Assembly: GCF_009914755.1 (NCBI RefSeq)
Contig: NC_060931.1
Reading direction: 5' to 3' (one strand)
Length of the DNA: 64,000 bases
Origin: the human T2T-CHM13v2.0 reference genome, Homo sapiens
Program-made: the position numbers and the translations under genes
Shown: positions 26,060 to 38,917 of the stretch, in pieces
How positions within the stretch are numbered: the stretch's first letter is position 1
Layout of the letters: the number at the start of each line of letters is the position of its first letter
The notes under the pieces: generated by a model
What the model saw: only the letters and a program-made list of their open reading frames with translations
What the model was told of the DNA's origin: nothing
Database searches by the model: none

Positions 26060-27478
26060 AGCTGTGGTAGGGTTCCTTAAGAACTTGTGGGTGTAGGATG
26101 GTGGTAGAGTGGAGATACTTACACAGGAATGCTGTGTACTGTGAGTGACCACCCCTGCCTCACAGAGGGCTTGAGATAATTGTGTATATGAGTGTACTAC
26201 ATATATATATTATATATGTAAAATACCTAGTACATCTGTAAATTGAATAAATGTTAATTTTAAACATATTTTTATTCGTGCATTTTCATGACTTAGTTTT
26301 AAGATCCAAAACGAGGAATGAAGAAAAGGGAAAGCAGGGATGGTAGACAATGATATGCAGTTAATAAGCTAAATATTTGATTAATCCTTACTTTGTACTT
26401 CTGTTTTGGTTGAACTCTTTTGATTATAAACATTCGGGGCAAATGTGTGCTCTTTGTAATTCAGTATAGATTGCTGGGCAAAGCTGTTTTCTGGTGAGAG
26501 TCAGATTTAAAAGATGGTTGAGAATTTATTCTTTTCCTTCTTAAAACATGGTTTAGCTGAGTAGCTTAGATTCTTAAAAACACAATATGACTTTTTACCT
26601 GTCTATTCTGTGCAGGTAAATATCGTGCTCAAGTTTTTTATGTGATATGACTATTTAGTCTGAAGGGTGCACTTGCTTTATGGTTGCTGAATATTAATGC
26701 TACCCCTTGCAAACCTTTCGAGTATCTTGTTTTCCCTGGACTGTGTCAGGTATTTAATGTTAGTGATAGGAAGACTCTTAGGAATTGATTTTTTTTAAAG
26801 TTAATAAACTTTAAAAAAAGTTTTACTTTGAGATTTTGGACCTGATTTTATATATGTGGATGTTTGCCTTTGTTGTTGAATCAACATGAATTATATATTT
26901 GTTTGAAATGTGGTTGGATATTTAGATAACTCCTGTTTTTTTTTTGATATAACAGATATTCAGATATATGGCTTGAAATTTTCTTCCTATAAAAACTAGG
27001 ACTTGTTACAAAATGGTTTTTGATTAGAAAAGTAATATGAAGGAAGTATATGGCATTTTAAGAGAGAGGACATCACCATTGTTAAATTTTGTTATTTTTC
27101 TGCATCTTAGGCATAGCTGTAATACCATATTTATTTTGTATACTTTCTTCATCTAATGCTGTGGCAAGCATTTCTCTATGTCAGATTTTTAAAAGCTAAT
27201 TTTCAATGGCTGAATAATATTTTTATAGGTGTATCATAATACGCTTAGCCTGCCTCCCATTGTTGGACCTGGAAGGTCTCCCTCTGCCACCACACACACA
27301 CTTTTTTTATTGTTAAAATATTATTGCAGTGTTTTTCTCTGTGTGTTTCATTCCTAGAAGTAAATGGCATGGTAAAGGATGTTAACTGAAAATGTCGTAC
27401 CAACTAATACAGTTTCTATAGGTGTGTGAATGCTCATATGTGTCTCATCCTTGCCAATATTGAGTGGAAATCTCTTTT

Positions 27479-28425
27479 ATTTTCCTGGAGAAGTTGGTTC
27501 TTTAGCACGAGGGAAGCATTTGAGAGTGTCTTCAGGATGGCTCAACTTTGCAGTGTCTTCAATAAATAACTTCCCATAACTTCCCACTCTGTAATTTGCC
27601 CACCTGTATTACCCCACCCCCAAGCCTCAGACTTTAGGAAATGGCATCAGGCCTGTATCTGGAGAGTTCAGAGTTCTGTGAGGTAGAGCATTCCTTCCAA
27701 TGGGACCTAGAATTCCTAGAGTTGCAAAATTCTACTGATTAGACCCAGGAGGTCTCAGGAGTCCAGAGTTGCTTGGAGCTTGGCTCAGAATTCCAAGGGG
27801 GCCCATAACTCCATGAGGCCCAGAGTTCCTGGCTTGGGAACACTGGGAGGCCTGGGATACTGTGGCTTAGACTCAAGCAGAAAGGTGAACACAGATCTTT
27901 ATTAGCAGATACCAAATTTGACATTTAAAGGAGATTTCTGAGCAGCTGCAGACCTCGCCAAGACCATGCAGATTCCACTGACTATTCCCATGCCAGTGCT
28001 CCAGCTGCTCAGGCTTGAAGGTATGTGAAATAATGTCACTACATTAGAGCAGTGTCTCTGCACACTTACGGGAGTCTGCAGCTGTGACACATAGAAGTTG
28101 GCCGTGTCCAGATTGGTGGCTCCGAAGTGGGCAGCCTTGTGCACACAGTCGTGCAGTGTGAAGCTCACCTGTCGACGCACTGTAGCCAGCATGCTGCAGA
28201 GGTAACATTCCCGAAGGGCAGCTCGAGCCCACTGCTCCAGGGATTCCTGCGATTCTTGAACTATGGGACCACTCTTGGATTTCAGGAACCTCTGGCTTCA
28301 AGGGCCCCAGCATCCATCAGGGGCAATGCCATGGCTGAAGCCATCAGGGCCCCCGGGTAACTGGAACACAGGCACAGGAATAGTCAGTGGAGTCTGCATT
28401 GTCTTGGTGAGGTCCACAGCTGCTC
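27479..28425 (-). pseudogene. GEMIN7 processed pseudogene (5'UTR remnant, disabled CDS, 3'UTR), antisense in intron 3
   Basis: From ATG at 28399 (-): MQTPLTIPVPVFQLPGGPDGFSHGIAPDG / LKPEVPEIQE / PIVQESQESLEQWARAALRECYLCSMLATVRRQVSFTLHDCVHKAAHFGATNLDTANFYVSQLQTPVSV / AETLL*CSDIISHTFKP, collinear with Gemin7 as recalled. Three frameshifts and an in-frame stop at 28044-28046. TSD ggaaatctctttt at 27466-27478 and 28426-28438 with a TTTT/AA L1 endonuclease site; short poly-A remnant at 27479-27483. Confidence 0.93.
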
Positions 28426-28464
28426 GGAAATCTCTTTTAAATGTCAAATTTGGTATTTGCTAAT
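27901..28464. repeat. 113-bp inverted repeat (27901-28013 / 28352-28464), 338-nt spacer
   Basis: Manual ungapped alignment of the left arm to the reverse complement of the right arm: 97/113 identical. Confidence 0.95.
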
Positions 28465-29192
28465 TTGGTATTAGAGGTTTTACATTTTATTTTACTTGCC
28501 TTTGATTATTTATTTGAAATTTTTAAAAAAGTACTGTTCTTTATTTGGAAATTTTGTACTTGCAACTTTTTTAATGTCAAAAGTCTTCTTTTTGAAACTT
28601 TTTTTGCCTAGCTTTTTATTAAGTATAGTCACACCACTAATGACAATTTCATTGTTATATTTCTTGTGAATGTTGTAACTTAAAAATAAATGAGTACAGT
28701 ACTCTTTTATTTTTAAAGAAATATAGTGAGATATAATTCACATAATCATGGTATGATTCAAATACTTCATCCCTGGTCCTTAGGGGATACGTTTTGGTAT
28801 ATGAGATTTATAAAAAGTAAGAACTTAAAAGAATCTATAGGTTATCTAATTCAAAGAGTTAAAAACTACCCACTTCTGCTTTGAAAGCTACTTCTTAGAA
28901 CCACTGTATAGAACATGCTACCTGATGAAGAATAAATCAACACCTTGCTTCCCGTCTTCTATCCATTAGATATCCAGGTAAAATAATATCTGTTTTCCTG
29001 ATATTTCTCCTTTACTTACACTCCAGCATGCCACGTGGCCAGCTGTAAGTTGCCCTCTACTTTTGTAGAGCCCTTTGCTGTGTTTCTGCAAAATCTACTT
29101 TTTCTGATTCGTGTAACTCAAAACTAGCTCTATTTTCTTCCAAATTAAAACTCTTATTTTCTTAATTAATGCTGGCCCAAAATAGAAATTAG

Positions 29193-29490
<298 letters not shown>

Positions 29491-30211
29491 TTTTTAAGGA
29501 GGAATGTGTATTGAATGATCAATTAGAATTTCAGGTAATGGGAAGAATTTAGAGGAGCATTGAGGGACAGCTCATAGACTGTATTTAAACCGTCAATTTC
29601 AACTGTTTTCAGTTTAGCAAAAGAACTTACAGAAATTTGGTATATATCTTATGAAACTTTGCAGACCCTAACCTAACCTAGGTCAGGCAGTATCTTTTAC
29701 TACAAAATTGGGATAATCATTTTCTAAATAATCATGAAGAAAATGTTCTGAGTAGGCAGTAAGGATTTCTCTGGTAACATGATGATTTAAAAATGTAATT
29801 GTCCACTTGAACTGGGTTGTATAAAGAATGCTTCTATTTCTGAGTATAGCAAGAAAGATCCTAACATACCTCTTAGCGCCTCCCAGCCTCAGACGTGTAG
29901 CAAGTGAAAGCTGTTTGAATTGGCAAATGAGGTAATTATTGAGTAGCTGGTTGGAATGTTTGCTACTAGCTATCCAGCAGAATTGTTAGTTCTTAGTACT
30001 GGTGTAATTACAGTAATTAGAATAAGTAAACTTCTTTTAAGATAATTGCAGGGCCAGGTTATATAGAGCTTGTTTAGCTTGCCTTTTAGTATTAGCATGT
30101 ACATCAGTGTGTATGTTAAAGGATACCCTAATAGATTTTGTGGAAATGGAATTGTCTTATAGTAAATTCCAGATCAACATATGTATGGAATGTATCTAAT
30201 GTAGTCTAGAC

Positions 30212-30528
30212 CAGTGGCTCCCAGTTTTTTTGGCACCAGGGACTGGTTTCGTGGAAGACAATTTTTCTGCCAGGGTGTGTGTGTGTGGGAGGGGAGCAGG
30301 ATGGTTTCGGGATGAAACTGATCATCAGGCATTATATTCTTATAAGGAGGACGCAACCTAGATCCCTCACATGTGCAGTGTGCAATAGGGCTTGCATTCC
30401 TTTGAGAATCTGATGCTGCCGCTGGTCTGACAGGAGGCGGAGCTCTGGCAGTAGTGTTCACTACCACTCACCTCCTGCTGTGTGGCCTGGTTCCTAACAG
30501 GCCACGGACTGTGGGTTGGGGATGCCTG
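30212..30528 (+). mobile_element. MER1B hAT-Charlie MITE
   Basis: CAG...CTG ends with 8-bp TSD gtctagac (30204-30211) / gtctagat (30529-30536). Confidence 0.88.
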
Positions 30529-33059
30529 GTCTAGATTGTTCTTCACAGATTAAATCTTTACCAGATTAAGTTTATTAAAAAGTAAAACAAAGAATAGCGC
30601 CCTCCCTTGGCAAAACATCTTGGTGTGGTATCTTTTCTTCATTTTACAGCCAGATGTAAAGAAAAAATAAACCTCTACTTTTAAATTTCCCATCCAGTAC
30701 TTAATTTCTCACCATTTGGCTTCTCTCCTTAACACAAAACTACTTTTATTAAAGATCAGTAAAAGGCCTTCTGGTTGTCTTTTTCTTTAACTTATTTGGC
30801 ATTACTGACCATTTTTTCCTTGAAACTCTTCCTCACTTTTTGTGATATTGCCTCCTGGTTTACCTGGTTGTGTTGAAGCCTGCTTTATTAGGATCCTTTC
30901 CTGTGGGGCCATCTTTAAATGTTAATGTAATCTGGCATATTGCCCTATGTCATCCTTATTTACTAGAATTTCTTAATTTTCTTTTTAGGGACAGGACAAC
31001 ATGAACATAAGAATTTCTTAATTTCATCTACCTTTCAAATCATTTGGGAAGCTTCTTCAAAGTATTCTTGGAAACACTTGCCTAGATATTCTGGGCTTTG
31101 GGTCTAGGATGGAATATGATCATCTATTTTGAAATACCTCCTGAGATGACACTAATATGTATTTTGGTTAAGAACTATAGTTTGTTGCTGTCTCACCTCT
31201 TAATAGGTTTCATTTGAGGTGCTTTTTAAAATGTCAAGCCCTGTGCATTTAATTAATAAAGTAGGTATCTTGATCAAGGTCATATACTTGTAGGTGATTG
31301 AACTAGGATTTGAATTTGAACAAAATTGATTTCAAAACCCAGGAGAAAAATGAAGGAAGGAGTTAGAGGAACAAGGTAGAAAAGCTCCACAGTGTGATCA
31401 CCAGCTCCTCTCAGGCTTTCCTCTTGCCTCTACTCTAACATGGTAAAACATTCTGAAAGGACTTAAAGATTCTGTTTCTAAAAATCCTTTGCTTTCTTTT
31501 CTATACAATTGCTATAAAATGGTAAAAGTGGCTCCTTGAATCTACAGATATCCCAGAAAGTTGAAATGCTTATTGAAATGATACTCCATCTTTCAAAGCC
31601 TCATTGAAATGTGACCTCCTTTCCAGGCTGGTGTGATTTCTCAGTTTTCTGAAATTCTGTCGCTTTGGGGTATCTCATTCATGATTTTGATAAAATTCTG
31701 CCTTGTTTGTACATTGTTTGCATATCTTACCTCTTGTAGCATACTAAGATTTTTAAGATCAAGGACTACATCTTATCTTTGCATTCCTCGTTCATTTATT
31801 TGATAAAAATTTAATGATCACTTATAAAATGTCAGGTACTACTTTAGTCTCAGAAAATCTAGAGATTAATAAGAAATGTATATGAAGTTGAGATGCTGAG
31901 TAAAACAAAGATAAGCGAGCATCTTTAAAGCAGGACTTCTCAGATTCTTTTATTATAAATACTGTGGGATCCCAATCCCAAAGACCTGAAGAAACCTGAC
32001 GTTAGCTATTATAAACAAATATTATTGTGACTTTCTTCAAAACCTTATAAACAAATAGGTGATGAATGTTTTATTTTTAGGCTTGAAATTTAACATTCTT
32101 GAGTAGTGATAGAATATGTGGCTTTCATGGACAAGTCCTCAAAGATAAGAAGGACATGGGTTATTTTAACATGCTTATTAGGTTGAAGTACATGTGTTGT
32201 ATTACTGACTCTAGTTACTCTTGTTTCTTAATTTTCATAGAGTAACACCTTAAATTGTAAATATTATGTTTTGTTTTAATAAGGACAAAAAAATTTAAAA
32301 TCCAGTTATTTCCCCTTAAACTGCAGTAAAATGAGGGAATGATAATGACATTGTTGCAAAACATGTATAATGCATTTCAAAGTCAGAATAAATGTAAAAT
32401 AGGCATTAATTTGGAACATTCAGAAATTTATTTGGATTTATTAAAATATTAGTTTGAAGAAATATGAAATGTTACAGATATTCTTTTTATCTTGAGTAAT
32501 TTTTTTCTTAAGCCAGTATATATATTATTCTGAACTCTATTCTTAAATGTTTTCTAAATAATGCAGAAGTACACTTGATTTGGGTTGTTTCCACAGATCT
32601 TGTGTTTAAGTAGAGTTTGATTTGATAGGACTGATTATAGTTCTCTATTGTTTTGCATTAATGATACTACTTCCTTCCCTTTAGTAAAGCCAATGAACAA
32701 GGATCAATTGTAGTTATAAGTCACTTTGAGATTATTAGACAAGGCTGCTATATTTTGTCTTGTAATTATAGGCCACTTGACATTTTGGTATGGAAGTAAA
32801 TATTACTCTACTAAATGTGAGTAGAAATTAATATTAATGTTCAAACTCAGGCATAGCCTCACTGCTTTCAACATTCCTTTTTACTTATTTTGAGGCCAGT
32901 ACCCTTTAGTGTCAATAAATTGCCAACCTTACTCTTCTACTTTACCCCCCTGCATCCCTGTTTCAAATGTTTATTCCCTTCTTAAGGCTGTCTACTTCAC
33001 CTTTGACCCTTATTCTTAGTAGTTGCACTAGGGTCCTTTCTTTTTCTGTGAGAAAATGT

Positions 33060-33325
33060 GAATAGTAATAAAATACATTTCATTGCAACTACCTATTACT
33101 GATATTCAGGTGTCCACTGTGCCAAGGTATGATTCTAATGAGATCACTTATTCCTCACACCAACTCTGTGTTGTTGTAGGTACTGCTTTTATCTGCATTT
33201 CATAGGTGAGGGCACTGACACACAGAAGTATGGTTTGCCCAAGGTCACAAGAAAAGTTTATTGATGGAACTGAGATAAGAGATTTCAAGGAAATTTTAAG
33301 CTCTAATGGACTACTATAACCTTTG
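33060..33325 (-). mobile_element. MIR
   Basis: gtaggtactgcttttatctgcatttcataggtgagggcactgac...tttgcccaaggtcaca. Confidence 0.72.
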
Positions 33326-33725
33326 CCCCTAGACTTTTCCAAAGTTACACAACTACTTTCTTACAATTATTGGTACTTTTGAAAAAAAAAAATGAGATAA
33401 CTTGGATTAAGGGTATGTGATACTTAAGGAAACACAGAAAAATTTGGAATACACTTAATTTACACCTTCAGGGTACTTCTTAGGAAAAATTTCCAGGGAA
33501 GAATAATAGTATTACCAAACTATTTTTGTATTTGTCAGGTGCTATATTTTACTCTGCTACCAAGTAAAAGGACTGCTCACTCATTACAAAATAGCTTGTT
33601 TTTAGAGCTCCCAGTCACAATGATTTGAGTAAGGTGACTTTGCTTATGGGAAATAAACTATTTTATCAGGCTTATTTGAATGACATTTTGGTAACCTCTG
33701 TGTCACGATAATAGAATCATTAAGA

Positions 33726-33826
33726 CAATACAATAAGCTACAAATACCTCATTTATATGAGGTACTTGACTTGAGTCAATACAATAACCTACAAATACCT
33801 CATTTGTATGAGGTACTCGATTGAGT
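33726..33826. repeat. Tandem duplication of a 51/50-nt unit with internal palindrome
   Basis: Units 33726-33776 and 33777-33826, each with TACCTCAT-N4-ATGAGGTA. Confidence 0.92.
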
Positions 33827-34127
33827 ACTTTAGGAGAATATTCACTGAATCAGTGTTATTCTTGAAAGGACGTAGATCTATTATTGTATCTTGTAAAATG
33901 TTCTTTTTTCCATCTTTCTCAGCCTGCTAAAGAGGTTATGATTTAGTTTCAGGACAGATGTGGAATTTGATACTAGGGGTATCAAATTAAAGATTTGACA
34001 AGCCTTTAATGACAAGATTAAAGGCTGTTGAACTTAGTTTCTCTCTTCTTCCTGTTCTAAATTTTTAATTGCTTTATCCTTTACTTTTCCATTTGAAGCT
34101 CATTGTGGTTAGTGCAGTAAAAGCAGT

Positions 34128-34395
34128 GGCCCTGGTGCTCAAGCATGTAATCCCAGCCCTTTGGGAGGCCGAGGTGGGAAGATTGCTTGAATCCAGGCGT
34201 TTGAGACCAGCCTGGGCAACATAGTGAGACCTCATCTCTTAAAAAAATATTTGCTGGATGTGGTGGCATGCACCTGTAGTCTCAGCTACTCGGGAGGCTG
34301 AGGTGGGAGGATCACTTGAGCCCAGCAGGCAGAAATTGCAGTAAGCCATGATTGTGCCTCTCACTTAAACCTGCACGACAGAGTGAGACTCTCCT
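34128..34395 (+). mobile_element. Alu (AluJ-like)
   Basis: Sense dimer; ggaggatcacttgagccc. Confidence 0.88.
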
Positions 34396-34952
34396 CGGGG
34401 CTGGGCGGGGGAAGTGGGTCAGGACATAGAGGTCAAGAAGCATGTTCCTTTCGCCTGCTCAGAGTCTGGGAAGTATAGTATGATTAAGGACATGAGATTT
34501 GCCATTCAGATTGAGCTGTAGCTCTGCTACTTGGTAGAGGTATTTGTCATTGGCAAGTTACTTTCAGAGGTTTCATTTACTTAGCTGTAAAATTGTTTAA
34601 AGAATCTTATGTAGAGTTTTGTAATTATTGAAGTCATTGAATGCATGTAAAGTGCCTAGCTCAATGTCTTTCTTATAGTTATTGAATAAAAATATTAAGT
34701 GTTATTGTTAATGAAGATACTGGTAAAATATCCCATGTCAGATATGGTCCAACCTGGTTAACCAGATTGGAAGGTAGTTGGGAATTTTGGCACAGAGTCT
34801 TTAATGGATAAATGAGAGTGGGTATTTAGAAAGGCAGTAGAACATACTGCCTGGTGTCAAATACTGATTACTGCTTATTAACTCTTTGGCACTAGTAAGT
34901 TATTTCACTTTTGTTTCTGTTTTTTCACCTTAAAATGGTATTGATAATGATG

Positions 34953-35186
34953 CAGATTGAGTATCCCTAATCCAAAAATCTGAAATCTCAGATACTCCAA
35001 AGTTTGAAACTTTGAGTGCTGACGTGATGCTCAAAGGAAATGCTCATTGAACCAGTTTTTGGATTTTGGATTTTCAGATTAGGGATGCTGAACTGATGAG
35101 CAATGCAAATATTCTAAAATTTGAAAAAGCCCCAAATCCAACACGCTTCTGGTCCCAAGCATTTTGGATAAGTGATACACAACCTG
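34953..35186 (+). mobile_element. Tigger4a (MER46A)-like Tc1/mariner MITE inserted in a MIR
   Basis: TIRs cagattgagtatccctaatcc / ggataagtgatacacaacctg. Confidence 0.8.
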
Positions 35187-35343
35187 TAGCATCTATCTCA
35201 TGGTATTATAAAGGTTAACTAAGTCAATGCTTGTAAAATACTGGCACACAGAAGAATTTATAACTTACTGGCTGTCACTGTCATTATTTTTGATGCATAG
35301 TGGTATCAGTGCTAGAGGATTTGGGGATTCAAATTTTGAAAAA

Positions 35344-35536
35344 TGCCCCCCAGGGGACATCTCTCAACGTCTGGAAGCATTTTTGGTTGCCACAGCTGGG
35401 GAGGAGGGATGCTAACTGGCTTCTAATGGGTAAAGGCCAGGGATGCTGCCAAGCATCCTTCAATGAACAAGGCACTCCTCACAATAAAGAATTATCCAAC
35501 CCAAAATGTCAGTAGTGCCAAGATTGAGAATTCCTG
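35344..35536 (+). mobile_element. MER20
   Basis: ggccagggatgctg...caataaagaattatccaacccaaaatgtcagtagtgccaagattgagaa. Confidence 0.82.
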
Positions 35537-37185
35537 TAGTACAGCTGTCTGGAGCTGTAGTTGCCAGCATCTGCAGCAACCTGTGCCTGATGCCTGCCTC
35601 TCATTTACTCTGTAGTCTCTTACTGGACTCAATAATCATTTTTCTCTTAACTTTTATCCCAGTACTCCCAATCACTATATTTGCAGGTAGCCTCTTCTCA
35701 GGCATTCTTGACTTCTTTGTAGTATAACATATTATCAACCCCTTTAAATATTAAAAGTTAAAATTAAATATTATATAATTTATGGTTCTTGTAGAAAAAC
35801 TGATATACAAAGAAGAAAAATTTAAATGTTTCATAACCTTTCCCATCTAGAAATAAACACTGTTACAAAGTTGGTATATTCACTTTTATTATTACCCTCC
35901 CCTTGGCTTCCCAAAGAAAGAAAAGCTTATAAAATATACATTTTATTTTTTAAAAACTAAATTCTAAAGATATTTAGTAAAAAGCAAGTTTCCTTTTTTC
36001 TCTCACCTGCATTTCCAGTCCTGTCTCTAGAAATAAGCATTAAATTGGTGCAAGTCTTTTGGCATTTTTTTATACTTTTATATACACCAGGCATTCCTAC
36101 GTCAATTTTTTTTGTGTGTGTAAACAGTACCATGCTATAAGTACTATTCTGTGAATGTGTTTTCCCTATCACTGAATATACTGTGTGTGTATATACACTG
36201 AATATTCCTGTCAGTATATTCTTAGCAATTATGTGGTATTCTGTAATATCTTTATCATGATTTATACAGTCAGCTATTAATGAAGATGGATGTTCGTAGT
36301 TACAAACAGTGCTTAGGTTCCTTGGATTTCTAGGCACACATATAAATGCTTCTGTAATGTACATTTCTGAAAGTGAAATCCTGGGTCAAAAGGCATGTAG
36401 ATTTAAATTTTGATAGATTACCAAATTATTCTTCAGAAAAGCTGTAGCAGTTTACAGTTTCACCAAGAACCACCCCTGATGGTTGACTTACTTTCTTTAG
36501 GCTTATTTTAAGCATGAGTTTTTCTCCAAATACTTTAGTCAGATCTCTTAGATTTTTATGTGTAATACTCATTTTGTTTGTATTTGAGTAATTTTCACAT
36601 AGGAAGAGTTAAGGAGAGATATCTAAGTAGGTGGATGGATTGTGTTATTTTTTATTAATTTTTAATTTCACTACAGAGAATTCAGAGAATATGATCTGTA
36701 GGTTCCAGCATTGATTTATTTTTCTGTGTAGCCTTACATAGGATTAGCTTATTTAAGTATTCCATAGGTTTCAAAAATGTGTTTATTCTCTGGGTAGAAA
36801 TTTGTGTATATATATTTGACAATTAAGCATATTATTTAAATCATTTTTATTTTTTCAGCGCTTGATTTATCCATATCCAAAAGACCTATTAGTCTTTTAA
36901 TGTGGAACTTGCTAACTTCCTGTTGTTTCCAAGTTTTTGCCTTAAGTATTTTTAACATTTTGTTATTTATATTCTTCTGTCATATCAAACTTCCATGTGT
37001 TTCTAATTTCCTTAAATGAATCACAGAAATAATACAACTACTTATTGAGCACTTAATGTGTACCAGGCACTGTGCTTAGATTTCACATATATTACCTAAT
37101 TTAGTCCTCATAGTTCATACTCTTATACTAATTTGATATGTAAGAAAACAGAAAATGCAAGTATCTTGCTCACTGTAATTATAGA

Positions 37186-37580
37186 ATTATAATAATGGAA
37201 TTATACAGTATGTATTCTTTTTAGATTGGCTTCTTTCGCTCACCAGCGTACATTGGTCTCTGTCTTTTCATGGTTTGGGAGCTGATTTCTTTTTGGTGCT
37301 GAGTGATATTCCATTTTCTGGATATACCACAGTGTATTTATCCATTCAACTACTGAAGGACATTGTGGTTGCTTCCACGTCTTGGCAATTATAAATAAAG
37401 CTGCTGCAAATACCTGTGTGTAAGACTTTGTTTTTAACTTAGCTGGGTAAACATCAAGAAGGGCAATTGCTGGATCATTGCCTTGTGTCCTCACTGCTCT
37501 TAAAGATCAGATTTGTTCAGCTTTTTACTTCTTAGAATGGAGTGGCAACTTCCAAGCTCCTTATGTATGGAACCAGAAAA
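37186..37580 (-). mobile_element. L1M fragment: ORF2 C-terminus, apparently fused to an L1 5' end
   Basis: ORF 37240-37494 DPAIALL...AALFIIAKTWKQPQCPS..EWINTLWYI is the L1 ORF2p C-terminus. Confidence 0.8.
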
Positions 37581-38917
37581 AGCAGACTGAGTTCTCAACT
37601 ACTTTTTGGTACCCATTTTTTCTGCCTCCTTACCCTGAATGAGACTGGGCTCTTTGAGGATCATTTCCCCTGTGGCATATAGCTCAAGGGGGAGCTTTTG
37701 TTTCACCTTATGAGCCTCAAGGTGGGGAGATGGTCTTGGTTACTTTCCTTATTTCTCATCGAGGTTTGTGTTAAAGCTTTCTGTTTCTTTGGGATCTTCC
37801 AATTTATAAGGAAATAGAAATCACTTTAGTTCAGAATAAATTCTTCTAAAAGTTAAATATAAAGTTCTCAATTATAGGAAAAAATAATTAAGGTCTCTTT
37901 GATTTGGCTTTTCTAATTGAATTCGATTCTAGGGGAAGAAGTGTTTTGATTTTCCTCCTTCCTTGATTCTAAGATAAGATCTACTCTGAAACATATAATC
38001 AGATTTGATTTGAGGGAGGTAAATAGTACAGTCAATTACATTTTGATTATGAGACATTTGTTTTTAGAAATATTGGGGGGGCAAAATTGTGTCTTAGAAT
38101 TGAGGAAATTGAACACTTATCAATCTGTTAAGAAAGATTTGCTTTGCCCAGAGCCAACTTAAAAAGAAAACTACAACTAACAGAAATAACTCAAGAATAA
38201 ATGTGGAGTTGAGAACTAGAGAAACACATTACACAGGAGCAATGTTGAATTGGAATCAGAAATTATTTTTTTCTTGGCCAAATGATACCCTTTATTTGCA
38301 GTGTTTACTTTGATGGAGATCACCCAGTTAGTGTAGCTATGGTTCACATTGTAATTGGTCTTAAAAAAAAAGGAAACCTAATCATTTATCTTTAAATTGC
38401 AGTTTTCCCACACATTTGATAAGTTTTTAAACTTTCATAACCATGGGTAAAGTTTCTTGAAATACAAAACAGCTTGGTTTTAATGCCACTTGGGAATTGA
38501 ATTAGAAAGCTTTGGTCCATAATTTCAGTGTTAAGTAGTCTAGGAATTGATGGAAGTTAATTTATTATTTATATATCCCCTGATATGTTAAATATCTCAT
38601 AGCTGAGTTCAGGGTATACAGCGTATTGCTTCACATAGTCAATGTTAAGAATTTAAAAGATAAAGAAAAAATCCAATGGGAAAAAGTATTATCTTAACTG
38701 AAAGTATAATTAGGTATTTGCTAATTTTTAAAGAGTATTAAAAAAGCAGAAACCATTTAGAAATTTGATAGTAGATAGTAGTATGAGGTGTACATACTGT
38801 TTAGAATAAAGGGAGAAACCTTCATCACTGTTTCCAAAAAGGAAAGTTACTCAAAAAAAGGGGGGTGGGGTGGTGGCAAATAGTCTAGTCCTTAACTAGG
38901 AAAACCATGAACCACTT

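Noticed and set aside
27901-28464. DNA transposon with long TIRs, suggested by twin ORFs ending ...LNVKFGIC
   Set aside because: The arms are GEMIN7 5' sequence plus genomic flank. The TSD belongs to the larger L1-mediated retrocopy, and the shared peptide is the antisense reading of the two arms.
33726-33826. CRISPR-like array or let-7 precursor
   Set aside because: Eukaryotic intron, only two units with no unique spacers; the 8-bp stems and 7-nt let-7 match are too short.
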